Positions 10,304 to 18,785 of a stretch of 64,000 nucleotides of DNA are shown here, piece by piece. Both the position numbers and the translations under genes were made by a program. This DNA comes from an uncultured Candidatus Saccharibacteria bacterium (lineage in GTDB: Bacteria > Patescibacteriota > Minisyncoccia > Phycocordibacterales > PALSA-1337): positions 131,406 to 195,405 of the forward strand of contig CAZLCD010000001.1 in NCBI GenBank assembly GCA_964558375.1. Reading direction: 5' to 3'. Position 1 is the stretch's first letter. The number at the start of each line of letters is the position of its first letter. The notes under the pieces are model-generated. The model made no database searches. It was not told where the DNA came from and saw nothing but the letters and a program-made list of their open reading frames with translations.

Positions 10304-11772
10304 AAAAAGAAAATTTAAAAAATAAAAGTGCTTTTGAGAGAGGAATGATTTTGGTCAATGTTATGGTCTTTGGATTTATTGCAATCATTGTGACTACGGC
10401 TTTGGTCAATTGGGGAGGGACTATGCTTAAGAATACAAAGAATCTTTCGCTAAATGAACAGGCCTTTCAGATCGCTGAAGCAGGGATTGACTATTATCGT
10501 TGGCATTTGGCGCATGCACCGACGGATTATAAAGATGGCACAGGCTCTGCTGGCAACGGCCCATTTGTCCATGATTTTAAAGATAAGGATGGGAATGTTA
10601 TAGGGCAATTTGCTTTAACCATCACACCACCCTTAGTCGGCTCAACCTTGGTTAGAATCAAATCCACAGGAACAGTTATTGAAAGTCCATCAATCTCTCG
10701 TTCTATCGAAGTTAGCTTAGCTATTCCATCTTTTGCAAAATACGCTGCTGTGTCGAATAGTGTTATACGTTTTGGATCAGGAACAGAGGTGTTTGGACCA
10801 ATTCATTCAAATGATGGAGTGAGGTTCGATGGACTTGCGCACAATATAATAAGTAGTGCTAAAGATAAATACATTGATCCAGATCAGGGTTCTCATACCC
10901 CTGCATGGTATCAGTTCGGTGTCTATACAGTAGTTAATCCTTCAGAGTTAAATACAGATAGCACTCCACCGACTACAATTCCAAATCGTCCAGATGTATT
11001 CATGGTTGGAAGACAATTTCCTGTACCTGCGGTGGACTTTGTTGGTATTACAACCGAACTTTCTGCTATGAAAACTCAAGCGCAAGCTAATAACAGATAC
11101 TATGCCGCTTCAGGTGCTCAGGGTTATAGGATTGTACTCAAAACAACCGACAGATTTGATCTTTATAGAGTTACATCATTACATGCTGCTCCAAACAACT
11201 GTAATAATTCACAAAATCAAACAGGTTGGGGTACATGGAGTATTAATAATCAGACTTTAATAAGTAGTAATGTAACTTTTCCTGCCAATGGAATAATTTT
11301 TGTTGAAGATAATTTGTGGGTTGAGGGACAGATAAATACCGCAAGACTTACTATTGCTGCAGGCAGATTCCCAGATAGTCCAAGTACTCGCAAAGATATT
11401 ACTATAAATAATAATTTGTCATATACCAACTATGATGGTCAAGATGCAATTGCTCTAGTTGCTCAGGGGAATATTACTACAGGCTTGCATAGTGCTAGTA
11501 ACTTGCGTGTAGATGCCGCACTTATTGCTCAGAACGGTAGAGTTGGGAGATTTTATTATTCAAGTAATTGCGGTGCCAACTATGTACGTTCGGCCATAAC
11601 TTTGTTTGGTATGATCGGCACCAATCTTCGTTATGGTTATGCTTATACTGATAATACTGGATATTTAATACGAAATATTATTTATGATAGTAATCTTCTA
11701 TACTCTCCACCACCGAGCTTTCCTTTGACTTCTGATCAATATGTAACCCTATCTTGGGAAGAGGTTCAGTAA
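10300..11772 (+). CDS. PilX-like minor pilin / pilus-associated protein (490 aa)
   Basis: N-terminal hydrophobic PilX_N-like segment (GMILVNVMVFGFIAIIVTTALV), large beta-rich C-terminal region; overlaps upstream stop by 4 nt. Confidence 0.45.
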   Translation: MKKENLKNKSAFERGMILVNVMVFGFIAIIVTTALVNWGGTMLKNTKNLSLNEQAFQIAEAGIDYYRWHLAHAPTDYKDGTGSAGNGPFVHDFKDKDGNVIGQFALTITPPLVGSTLVRIKSTGTVIESPSISRSIEVSLAIPSFAKYAAVSNSVIRFGSGTEVFGPIHSNDGVRFDGLAHNIISSAKDKYIDPDQGSHTPAWYQFGVYTVVNPSELNTDSTPPTTIPNRPDVFMVGRQFPVPAVDFVGITTELSAMKTQAQANNRYYAASGAQGYRIVLKTTDRFDLYRVTSLHAAPNNCNNSQNQTGWGTWSINNQTLISSNVTFPANGIIFVEDNLWVEGQINTARLTIAAGRFPDSPSTRKDITINNNLSYTNYDGQDAIALVAQGNITTGLHSASNLRVDAALIAQNGRVGRFYYSSNCGANYVRSAITLFGMIGTNLRYGYAYTDNTGYLIRNIIYDSNLLYSPPPSFPLTSDQYVTLSWEEVQ

Positions 11773-11789
11773 GTGATATACTAGTATTT

Positions 11790-12545
11790 ATGAAAAAAAT
11801 AATAGTCGGCAATTGGAAAATGAATCCCACAACACTCGCAGAGGCTCGAAGAATTTTCCAATCCACCAAGAACGTGGCTAAGAAATTGAAAAAAGTTGAA
11901 GTAGTAGCTTGTCCTCCTTATGTCTATATGGGCACCTTGCTCAATACTCGTAGTGAAAGGGTAGTGGCAGTAGGAGCGCAAGACGCCTTCTTCGAAGAAC
12001 AAGGATCTTTCACAGGCTCCGTCAGTCCTCTCATGCTAAAAGACCTCGGTGTTACTCATTGTATCATCGGACACTCAGAAAGAAGACAGCAAGGGGAAAC
12101 CGACGAGATTGTCTCCAAGAAAGTTCTTCGGGCCCTAGAATCTGGTCTTACTGTAATCCTTTGTGTTGGGGAAAAGGAAAGAAATGATCAGGGTACCCAC
12201 TTGGATACTCTAAAATTACAAATAAAAAATTCCTTAAATAAGGTTCCCAAAAAACTCATAGAAAAACTTATCATAGCTTATGAGCCTGTATGGGCTATTG
12301 GTGCAAAGGAAGCCATGAACCCGGCCATGGTCCATGAGATGACTATATTCGTAAAGAAAGTTCTTTCAGATATTTATGGACATGATGAAGCAGTTTCCGC
12401 TCTGGTTTTGTACGGAGGTTCAGTGAATTTTAGAAATGCCAAAGATATTATAGTAGAAGGTGAAGTAGATGGATTGCTTGTGGGAAGAGAAAGTGTTAAC
12501 CCAGCGGGGTTCAGCGAATTGCTAAGAACGATCGAGGCTATATAA
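11790..12545 (+). CDS. tpiA: Triosephosphate isomerase
   Basis: IVGNWKMN, AYEPVWAIG, LYGGSV motifs. Confidence 0.85.
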   Translation: MKKIIVGNWKMNPTTLAEARRIFQSTKNVAKKLKKVEVVACPPYVYMGTLLNTRSERVVAVGAQDAFFEEQGSFTGSVSPLMLKDLGVTHCIIGHSERRQQGETDEIVSKKVLRALESGLTVILCVGEKERNDQGTHLDTLKLQIKNSLNKVPKKLIEKLIIAYEPVWAIGAKEAMNPAMVHEMTIFVKKVLSDIYGHDEAVSALVLYGGSVNFRNAKDIIVEGEVDGLLVGRESVNPAGFSELLRTIEAI

Positions 12546-12559
12546 GATAATTTCTCAAT

Positions 12560-13600
12560 ATGAAAAGCATAAAAGAAATAGAAAATTTGCAGGGAGTAAG
12601 GGTCTTGGTTCGTCTCGATTTAAACGTGCCTATTGCAAATGGGATTATTACCGATGATTTTCGTATACGAAAGGCATTGCCAACCATAGAATTTCTGAGA
12701 AGGGGTGGCGCGCAAATTATTTTGATAAGTCATATAGAGACTAAGGAAAATCCGACACTTGAGCCAGTTGCCGACTATTTAAATAAAATCGGCATCATCT
12801 GTCGTTTCGAAAAAGATTATAAAAAAGTTTTAAATTCAAAAGAGCCGATCATCTTGCTCGAAAATCTTCGAAAGTATGAAGGTGAAAAAAATAATGATAA
12901 AAAGTTTGCAAAAGAACTAGCTTCTCTGGCTGATATTTATGTAAATGAAGCCTTCTCGGTTTCGCATCGTAAACATGCGTCTGTCTCTGCCATAACGGAG
13001 TTTATACCAAGCTATGTCGGATTTCAATTTGAAGAAGAGATTAAAAATCTTAGCTCAGCTTTCAATCCAGAACACCCCTTTCTCTTTATTCTTGGTGGCG
13101 CAAAGTTTGATACCAAGCTGCCTTTAGTTGAGAAATTTATTTCTATTGCTGACAAAGTTTTTATCGGCGGCGCTTTGGCTAATGATTTCTTTAAAGAGCA
13201 GGGGAAGGATATCGGGACATCTTTGATTTCCGAAGTTAAGGTGGATTTGAAAAATATCCTAGGTAACGAAAAATTACTTTTACCAGTGGATAGCGTTTTA
13301 AAAGATACAGCTATTATGGATGCAGGAGATAAGACTATAGAAATGCTGGCGGGAGAGATCGCGAAGGCAAAATATATTCTCTGGAATGGACCTCTCGGCG
13401 CTTACGAGACTGGTTTTAAAGATGCAACTATCAAGCTCGCAAAACTTCTAGCGGAAGCCACAGCCAATGGTGCTAAGACTATCGTGGGCGGAGGGGATAC
13501 TCTAGCGGCTATAAGCGAACTCAAACTAGAAGATTCCTTTACTTTTGTTTCTACGGGCGGTGGAGCAATGCTTGACTATCTTGCCAAAGGGGAATTGTAA
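12560..13600 (+). CDS. pgk: Phosphoglycerate kinase (short form)
   Basis: VRLDLNVP...ITDDFRI...PTIEFL N-domain motifs; C-terminal GGGDT/GGGA nucleotide-binding motifs. Confidence 0.75.
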   Translation: MKSIKEIENLQGVRVLVRLDLNVPIANGIITDDFRIRKALPTIEFLRRGGAQIILISHIETKENPTLEPVADYLNKIGIICRFEKDYKKVLNSKEPIILLENLRKYEGEKNNDKKFAKELASLADIYVNEAFSVSHRKHASVSAITEFIPSYVGFQFEEEIKNLSSAFNPEHPFLFILGGAKFDTKLPLVEKFISIADKVFIGGALANDFFKEQGKDIGTSLISEVKVDLKNILGNEKLLLPVDSVLKDTAIMDAGDKTIEMLAGEIAKAKYILWNGPLGAYETGFKDATIKLAKLLAEATANGAKTIVGGGDTLAAISELKLEDSFTFVSTGGGAMLDYLAKGEL

Positions 13601-13652
13601 AAAGAATTATGGGTGGATAGTCTATTTTAATTTTATATACTATAATTACGTT

Positions 13653-14843
13653 ATGAAATTAACAATGAAATCAATAAAACTTTTTGGTATTTTAATAGTT
13701 GTTTGTTTATTAGCTTTTGGAACATTAGGTGGTATTGCTTCAGCTGAGACTTCTTGCAACTTTACCAGAACACTTTCTATAGATGATGAAGGTGAGGATG
13801 TAAGATGTTTGCAAAAGTATTTAAATAATTTAGGTTTCAAAATTTCCAATGAAGGACCTGGCTCTACAGGTAAAGAAACTTCGACATTCAAGAACCTGAC
13901 CAAGACCGCTTTAGCAAAATGGCAAACCGCCAATGGCATATCTCCTGCAACTGGGAACTTTGGACCAGCATCACGCCAAGCTTATGACAGACTGATGGCT
14001 CTTGCAGAAGCTGCAAGAACTCAAGCCCCGCAGACTACATCTATAGTTAATCCTGATCCTGTAGTGGTGGTGGCTCCTGTAGTAAAGTCTGTTGCAATGG
14101 AAAATGCAAAGACTGCAATACTCAAAGCTATGGAAGCTATCGAAAATGCAGAAGATGAGATCGATGGTTCTTCTGAAAGTGCAAATAAAATCGAAGATGC
14201 AAAGGAAGGCTTGGAGGATGCTAGGGTAGATTTTCTAAAAACTATCAAAGCGTATCTATCTGAACAATATGAACGTGCAAGCACAATAGCCAAAACTGTT
14301 TTTGAAGAAGCCGAAGAAGCTTACAAAGATGCTGGTGGGGAAACCGATGAAGACGAGATTGACGATCTTATAAATACCGTGGAGGATGAAATCGATGCAG
14401 TGAAGGTCAAGATCAAGACCGCTGATAAGGCTGGAAAAGATGTAGATGAATCCGAAAACCTTATCGATGAAGCTGAGAACCTTATAGACAAAGCAGATAC
14501 AAAGCTCGATGAAGGTGATACAGAAGAAGCTGAAGACCTTGCAAAAGACGCTAGAAATAAAGCTGAGGATGCAGAAGATGCAATAGGTGAAAAGAGCAAT
14601 GACTTGGAAAATGCCGAGGATGCAATAGCTGATGCAAAAGATGCTATAAAAAAAGCTAAAGCTGAAATACGCGAAGCACAGGATGATGACAAAAATACAA
14701 ATGATGCTGAAGACTTACTAGATGACGCAGAGAATTTGTACGATAAAGCTCGAGAAGAGTTTGATGATGAGGATTATGACAATGCAAAAGATCTAGCAGA
14801 AGATGCAGAGAAAAAAGCAGAGGATGCTATAGATGAGTTGTAA
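13653..14843 (+). CDS. Secreted protein with peptidoglycan-binding domain and long acidic (D/E/A/K) helical repeat tail
   Basis: Signal/TM MKLTMKSIKLFGILIVVCLLAF; PG_binding_1-like CLQKYLNNLGF...ALAKWQTANGI; about 250 aa of DAEDA/ENLID repeats. Confidence 0.55.
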   Translation: MKLTMKSIKLFGILIVVCLLAFGTLGGIASAETSCNFTRTLSIDDEGEDVRCLQKYLNNLGFKISNEGPGSTGKETSTFKNLTKTALAKWQTANGISPATGNFGPASRQAYDRLMALAEAARTQAPQTTSIVNPDPVVVVAPVVKSVAMENAKTAILKAMEAIENAEDEIDGSSESANKIEDAKEGLEDARVDFLKTIKAYLSEQYERASTIAKTVFEEAEEAYKDAGGETDEDEIDDLINTVEDEIDAVKVKIKTADKAGKDVDESENLIDEAENLIDKADTKLDEGDTEEAEDLAKDARNKAEDAEDAIGEKSNDLENAEDAIADAKDAIKKAKAEIREAQDDDKNTNDAEDLLDDAENLYDKAREEFDDEDYDNAKDLAEDAEKKAEDAIDEL

Positions 14844-14848
14844 TCTGC

Positions 14849-15211
14849 ATGGAAAATTGTATATTTTGTAAAATAGTAAAAAAGGAAATACCGGCTCATA
14901 TAGTCTATGAAGATGAAAAGTTTTTGGCGTTCTTGGATATTCATCCAGTATCGTTGGGTCACACCCTCATAATTCCAAAAACTCACTATAGATGGGTATG
15001 GGATGTTCCAGAACTAGGATCTTATTTTGAATTTGTTGGAAAAATTGCAAAGGCACAACAAAAGGCATTTGGTCATGAAGCAATCTGGAGCGGAATACGT
15101 GGAGACGAAGTGCCACATGCGCACATTTCAGTAATGCCTCACTCTGAAACGATCGGCGACAAGAAAAACTTTGAAGAAAATAGGCTAAAGATAGCTGATA
15201 ATATACGATAG
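14849..15211 (+). CDS. HIT-family (histidine triad) hydrolase
   Basis: HTLIIPKTH and HAHISVMPH (HxHxH-type) motifs. Confidence 0.8.
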   Translation: MENCIFCKIVKKEIPAHIVYEDEKFLAFLDIHPVSLGHTLIIPKTHYRWVWDVPELGSYFEFVGKIAKAQQKAFGHEAIWSGIRGDEVPHAHISVMPHSETIGDKKNFEENRLKIADNIR

Positions 15212-15227
15212 TTTTTATCATAAAAAA

Positions 15228-15270
15228 TCCCCAACCGAAGGCCGGCCGGGGGTGGGGTAGAAGGGGGTGA
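15228..15270. terminator. GC-rich stem-loop; rho-independent terminator for the minus-strand gene (T-run on minus strand), possibly bidirectional
   Basis: CCCCAACC...GGCCGGCC...GGTGGGG hairpin in AT-rich DNA between convergent genes; T6 follows on minus strand. Confidence 0.5.
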
Positions 15271-15912
15271 TCAGTAGGTTGGCACCTTACCTTCTCCAAA
15301 TTTTTCAACCAAGAAATTAATTGTGCTTTCTGGATTTGATAAAGCTATAAGAGCGTCATCAATAAACTTGCTTCTGTAGAATCTGCATGGTTCAAATGTT
15401 GTTCCATACATCGTGTAGTATGTTGCACTGAAAACTTGTAATTTCGCCTCAAACATCCCTCTTCTATTTTTCCAAGAAGTTCTAGATAGTGTAATTGCAA
15501 GCACGATCACTCTTGTGTTGTACGTAAGAGCATGCTTCTTGCCACTCTCTGTCTGGATTACAAACACAGATTCTTCTGTGTCAGGAGGGATAAGAATGCT
15601 GGGTCCAATATACGAACGTTGACGTCTAAGTTTAGCGGATATTGGTGCTCGTCTAGTCATTTCGTGTATTTCAAACAGTCTAGCTAGATAATCACGAAAC
15701 CCACTATTTTCTTTTCCAGAACGAAGCATTGAGGGGAGATTACGTCTAGCTCCTTTCAGGATGTCTGCGATCTTCTTTTCCCTAATAATCGATCTACGTC
15801 TTTTGATTTTAGTTATCCCTCTATCATTAGGGTGACTAGTCTTAGCTCCAGCTTCTCTGTGTTTTGCGATCTGGTCGTTTAGTAAATAGTCGATACTGTG
15901 TGTAATTTTCAT
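15271..15912 (-). CDS. Hypothetical Arg/Lys-rich protein (monocistronic unit)
   Basis: ATG at 15912 preceded by AAGGA RBS; own terminator; basic composition; no recognised catalytic motif. Confidence 0.45.
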   Translation of the reverse strand: MKITHSIDYLLNDQIAKHREAGAKTSHPNDRGITKIKRRRSIIREKKIADILKGARRNLPSMLRSGKENSGFRDYLARLFEIHEMTRRAPISAKLRRQRSYIGPSILIPPDTEESVFVIQTESGKKHALTYNTRVIVLAITLSRTSWKNRRGMFEAKLQVFSATYYTMYGTTFEPCRFYRSKFIDDALIALSNPESTINFLVEKFGEGKVPTY

Positions 15913-16035
15913 AATCCTTAATCCTGCACCGCGGTTAAATTGGCAATGAGCCAATACATTCTGGCTCTATTTATACTCTTTTAAATAATCTAGTCAATCC
16001 TCATAAAAATTCCATCATGTTATACTTCCATCCAC

Positions 16036-17730
16036 ATGAAAAACTATAAAATCCGAGAAAAAATTAATGGTGATTTCATTGATCATCTTCTTTTCTATCG
16101 CAATATAAAGACTCCAGAAGCAAAGCAAGCTTTCTTAAATCCAAATTATGACGAACATATCCTCGATCCATTTTTATTGAAAGATGCAGAAAAATCAGCC
16201 AAAAGAATAGTCGAAGCTATAGAAAAAAGTGAAAAAATAGTGATATATAGTGACTATGATGCCGACGGTATACCTGCCGGGGTTATCTTCCATGACTTCT
16301 TTAAAAGGATCGGTTTTAAAAATTTTATAAATTATATTCCACATAGGCATGATGAAGGCTTTGGTCTAAACACTGACGCTATAGATCAATTTGTGAAAGA
16401 TAAAGTGGATCTTCTGATTACTCTTGATTGTGGAATTTCTGATATTGAAGCTGTAAAATTGGCAAAAGAAAATAAAATAGACGTAATCATTACAGATCAT
16501 CATGAGCCTCATGAGATTTTGCCAGACGCCTTTGCTATCGTTGATCATAAGCAGAAAGATTGCAATTATCCTGAAAAGATCCTTTGCGGTTCTGGTGTTG
16601 GATTCAAATTGATTCAAGCTGTACTTAAGGTCAAAAGATTTGATATGAAAGAAGGTCAAGAAAAATGGCTACTTGATATGGTAGGTATCGCTACACTTTC
16701 GGATATGGTTCCTTTGACGGGGGAGAATAGGGCTCTGGCACACTTTGGTTTGCGGGTTTTAAAGATCAGTCCACGTAAAGGTTTGATGAGACTTCTAAAT
16801 CATTTAAAAATTCCTCAGAAACATTTAACCGAAGATGATATAGGCTTTATGATTACACCACGTATCAATGCGGCATCACGAATGGGAATACCTATGGATG
16901 CCTTCAAATTGCTTTCAACAGATGATGACAACGAAGCTCATACCTTTGTAGAGCATCTTGATAAAATAAATACAGAGAGAAAAAGTGTAGTAGCCGGCCT
17001 TGTAAAAGAAGTAAAGAAGATTATGAAAGAAAGAAATAAAGATAATACTCGCAATGTCATAGTGATGGGTAATCCAGATTGGAAGCCATCTTTACTTGGG
17101 CTTGTAGCCAACAATCTTGCGGAAGAGTTCGGTAAGCCAGCTTTTCTTTGGGGGCGCGATGGAGATGGTGTTATCAAAGGCTCATGTCGTTCGGGGGATA
17201 CGGTCAGTGTTGTTGAGATTATGAACAAAAGTAAAGACGGAACCTTTATCCAGTATGGTGGACACTTTGCTTCTGGAGGCTTCGTGGTTTCAAATGAAGC
17301 TATACATCATCTCGACGATCATCTCAATGCTTCTTTTGATATTTTAAAAAAAGAAAATCTTATCAAAGAACCAGACTTTATAGATATGCAAATTTCTTTG
17401 GAGGAGGTCAATTGGAATACTTATAGTGATGTAGAGAAGCTGGCGCCTTTCGGTGTTGGCAATCATAAACCGCTTTTTATTTTTAAAAATATTAAAATTG
17501 CTGGTATCAAAGAATTTGGCAAAGAAAAGAATCATCTTGAATTAAGTTTTAAAAAAGAAAATGGACAACCAGTAAATGCTATCGGATTTTTCATGTTAGC
17601 CGATAATTTTAAAAATAAAGATGGAGAGACTATTAAAATAGGGGATAGTATCGATCTTATTGCTACTATGGAAAAGTCGATGTTTAGAGGAAGGGCAGAG
17701 CTAAGGATGAGGATTGTTGATATAATATAG
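16036..17730 (+). CDS. recJ: Single-stranded-DNA-specific exonuclease RecJ
   Basis: DHH motifs (YSDYDADGI, IITDHHEP), DHHA1-like region (GGHxxAxG). Confidence 0.8.
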   Translation: MKNYKIREKINGDFIDHLLFYRNIKTPEAKQAFLNPNYDEHILDPFLLKDAEKSAKRIVEAIEKSEKIVIYSDYDADGIPAGVIFHDFFKRIGFKNFINYIPHRHDEGFGLNTDAIDQFVKDKVDLLITLDCGISDIEAVKLAKENKIDVIITDHHEPHEILPDAFAIVDHKQKDCNYPEKILCGSGVGFKLIQAVLKVKRFDMKEGQEKWLLDMVGIATLSDMVPLTGENRALAHFGLRVLKISPRKGLMRLLNHLKIPQKHLTEDDIGFMITPRINAASRMGIPMDAFKLLSTDDDNEAHTFVEHLDKINTERKSVVAGLVKEVKKIMKERNKDNTRNVIVMGNPDWKPSLLGLVANNLAEEFGKPAFLWGRDGDGVIKGSCRSGDTVSVVEIMNKSKDGTFIQYGGHFASGGFVVSNEAIHHLDDHLNASFDILKKENLIKEPDFIDMQISLEEVNWNTYSDVEKLAPFGVGNHKPLFIFKNIKIAGIKEFGKEKNHLELSFKKENGQPVNAIGFFMLADNFKNKDGETIKIGDSIDLIATMEKSMFRGRAELRMRIVDII

Positions 17731-17733
17731 TTT

Positions 17734-18225
17734 ATGAATAATACAAATACAATAACAATCTTTACCGACGGTTCATCTCGTGGAAATCCTGGACGTGGAG
17801 GATGGGGTGCTATTGTTGTGTCTGGAAACGAAGTCAGAGAATTGGGTGGAAAGGAAGATCATACTACAAATAACAGAATGGAGCTTGTGGGGGCAATAGA
17901 GTCCTTAAAAAATGCTGATTCAAATTTACCTATCACCTTATATTCTGATTCTCAATACGTAATAAAAGGCATGACGGAATGGATAGCAGGGTGGCAAAAG
18001 AAAAACTGGATAAATTCTCAGAAAAAGCCGGTGATGAATCGAGATCTCTGGGAGAGTCTTCTTGAAGTTTCTTTGAATAAAAAAATAGAATGGAAATATA
18101 TAAAAGGTCATGCAGAAAATCCAGGCAACAATAGATGTGATGAGATTGCTACTTCATTTGCAGACGGAGAACCGACAAAACTATACGAAGGCTCCCTTGA
18201 CTCCTATCCCCATAAAGTTGTCTAA
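17734..18225 (+). CDS. rnhA: Ribonuclease HI
   Basis: TDGSSRGNPG...GWGA, NNRMEL, YSDSQYV, KGHAENPGNNRCDEIA. Confidence 0.85.
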   Translation: MNNTNTITIFTDGSSRGNPGRGGWGAIVVSGNEVRELGGKEDHTTNNRMELVGAIESLKNADSNLPITLYSDSQYVIKGMTEWIAGWQKKNWINSQKKPVMNRDLWESLLEVSLNKKIEWKYIKGHAENPGNNRCDEIATSFADGEPTKLYEGSLDSYPHKVV

Positions 18226-18293
18226 AGCAAATCTTTATCAAATCTTTATTATTTCTTTATCTTTTCTTAATGTCGGTTTGGTATGGTTGAGGG

Positions 18294-18785
18294 ATGATAA
18301 AAAGATTCAAAGAGTGGATAGTGCTCAAAGAAAAATTACATACAGTTTCCTATAATAAAACTCCTTATTTTAAGGAGGGAGAAATTTGGTGGTGTAGTAT
18401 AGGCGATAATGTTGGTAGTGAAATAAATGGCAAAAGTGGGTATTTCTCCAGACCAATTCTAGTTTTTAAAAAGTTCAACAAAAATTTATTTTTTGGAATA
18501 CCCTTAACTTCAAAACCAAAGATGGGTACATGGTTCGTGGGAATATCTTTTTTGAATAAGACACAGACTATTGTTTTAAGTCAGGCAAGAACTTTAGATG
18601 CAGCCAGAATTAAGGATTTAATCGGACAATGTGACGAGAGTGATTTTGAAAAGATAAAAGCTGGTTTTAGCCAGCTCTATCTAAATATTTCTCCCAATAA
18701 AGGGAGGTCGTGGGAAATCCCCAAAAATCTTCTCTTATATCTTAACAAAATAATTATACATGTCAAATCAAAATTCAAAATTTAA
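18294..18785 (+). CDS. MazF/PemK-family endoribonuclease toxin-like protein (no adjacent antitoxin seen)
   Basis: GEIWWCSIG..GSEING..RPILVF...GIPLTSKPK...VLSQARTLDAARI matches MazF/Kid core (GDIxxVDFDPTxGSEQxGxRPxVVxS...SQ). Confidence 0.6.
   Translation: MIKRFKEWIVLKEKLHTVSYNKTPYFKEGEIWWCSIGDNVGSEINGKSGYFSRPILVFKKFNKNLFFGIPLTSKPKMGTWFVGISFLNKTQTIVLSQARTLDAARIKDLIGQCDESDFEKIKAGFSQLYLNISPNKGRSWEIPKNLLLYLNKIIIHVKSKFKI

Noticed and set aside
14021-14986. Minus-strand ORFs (90, 123, 70 aa) antisense to the acidic-repeat gene
   Set aside because: Products are Ser/Ala low-complexity mirror images of the D/E/A/K repeats; artefact of repetitive GAA/GAT-rich coding DNA.
18110-18355. 81-aa ORF spanning the rnhA 3' end and the rnhA-mazF gap, considered as possible antitoxin
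   Set aside because: Mostly overlaps the rnhA coding region in another frame; composition not antitoxin-like (no AbrB/RHH features); likely spurious.
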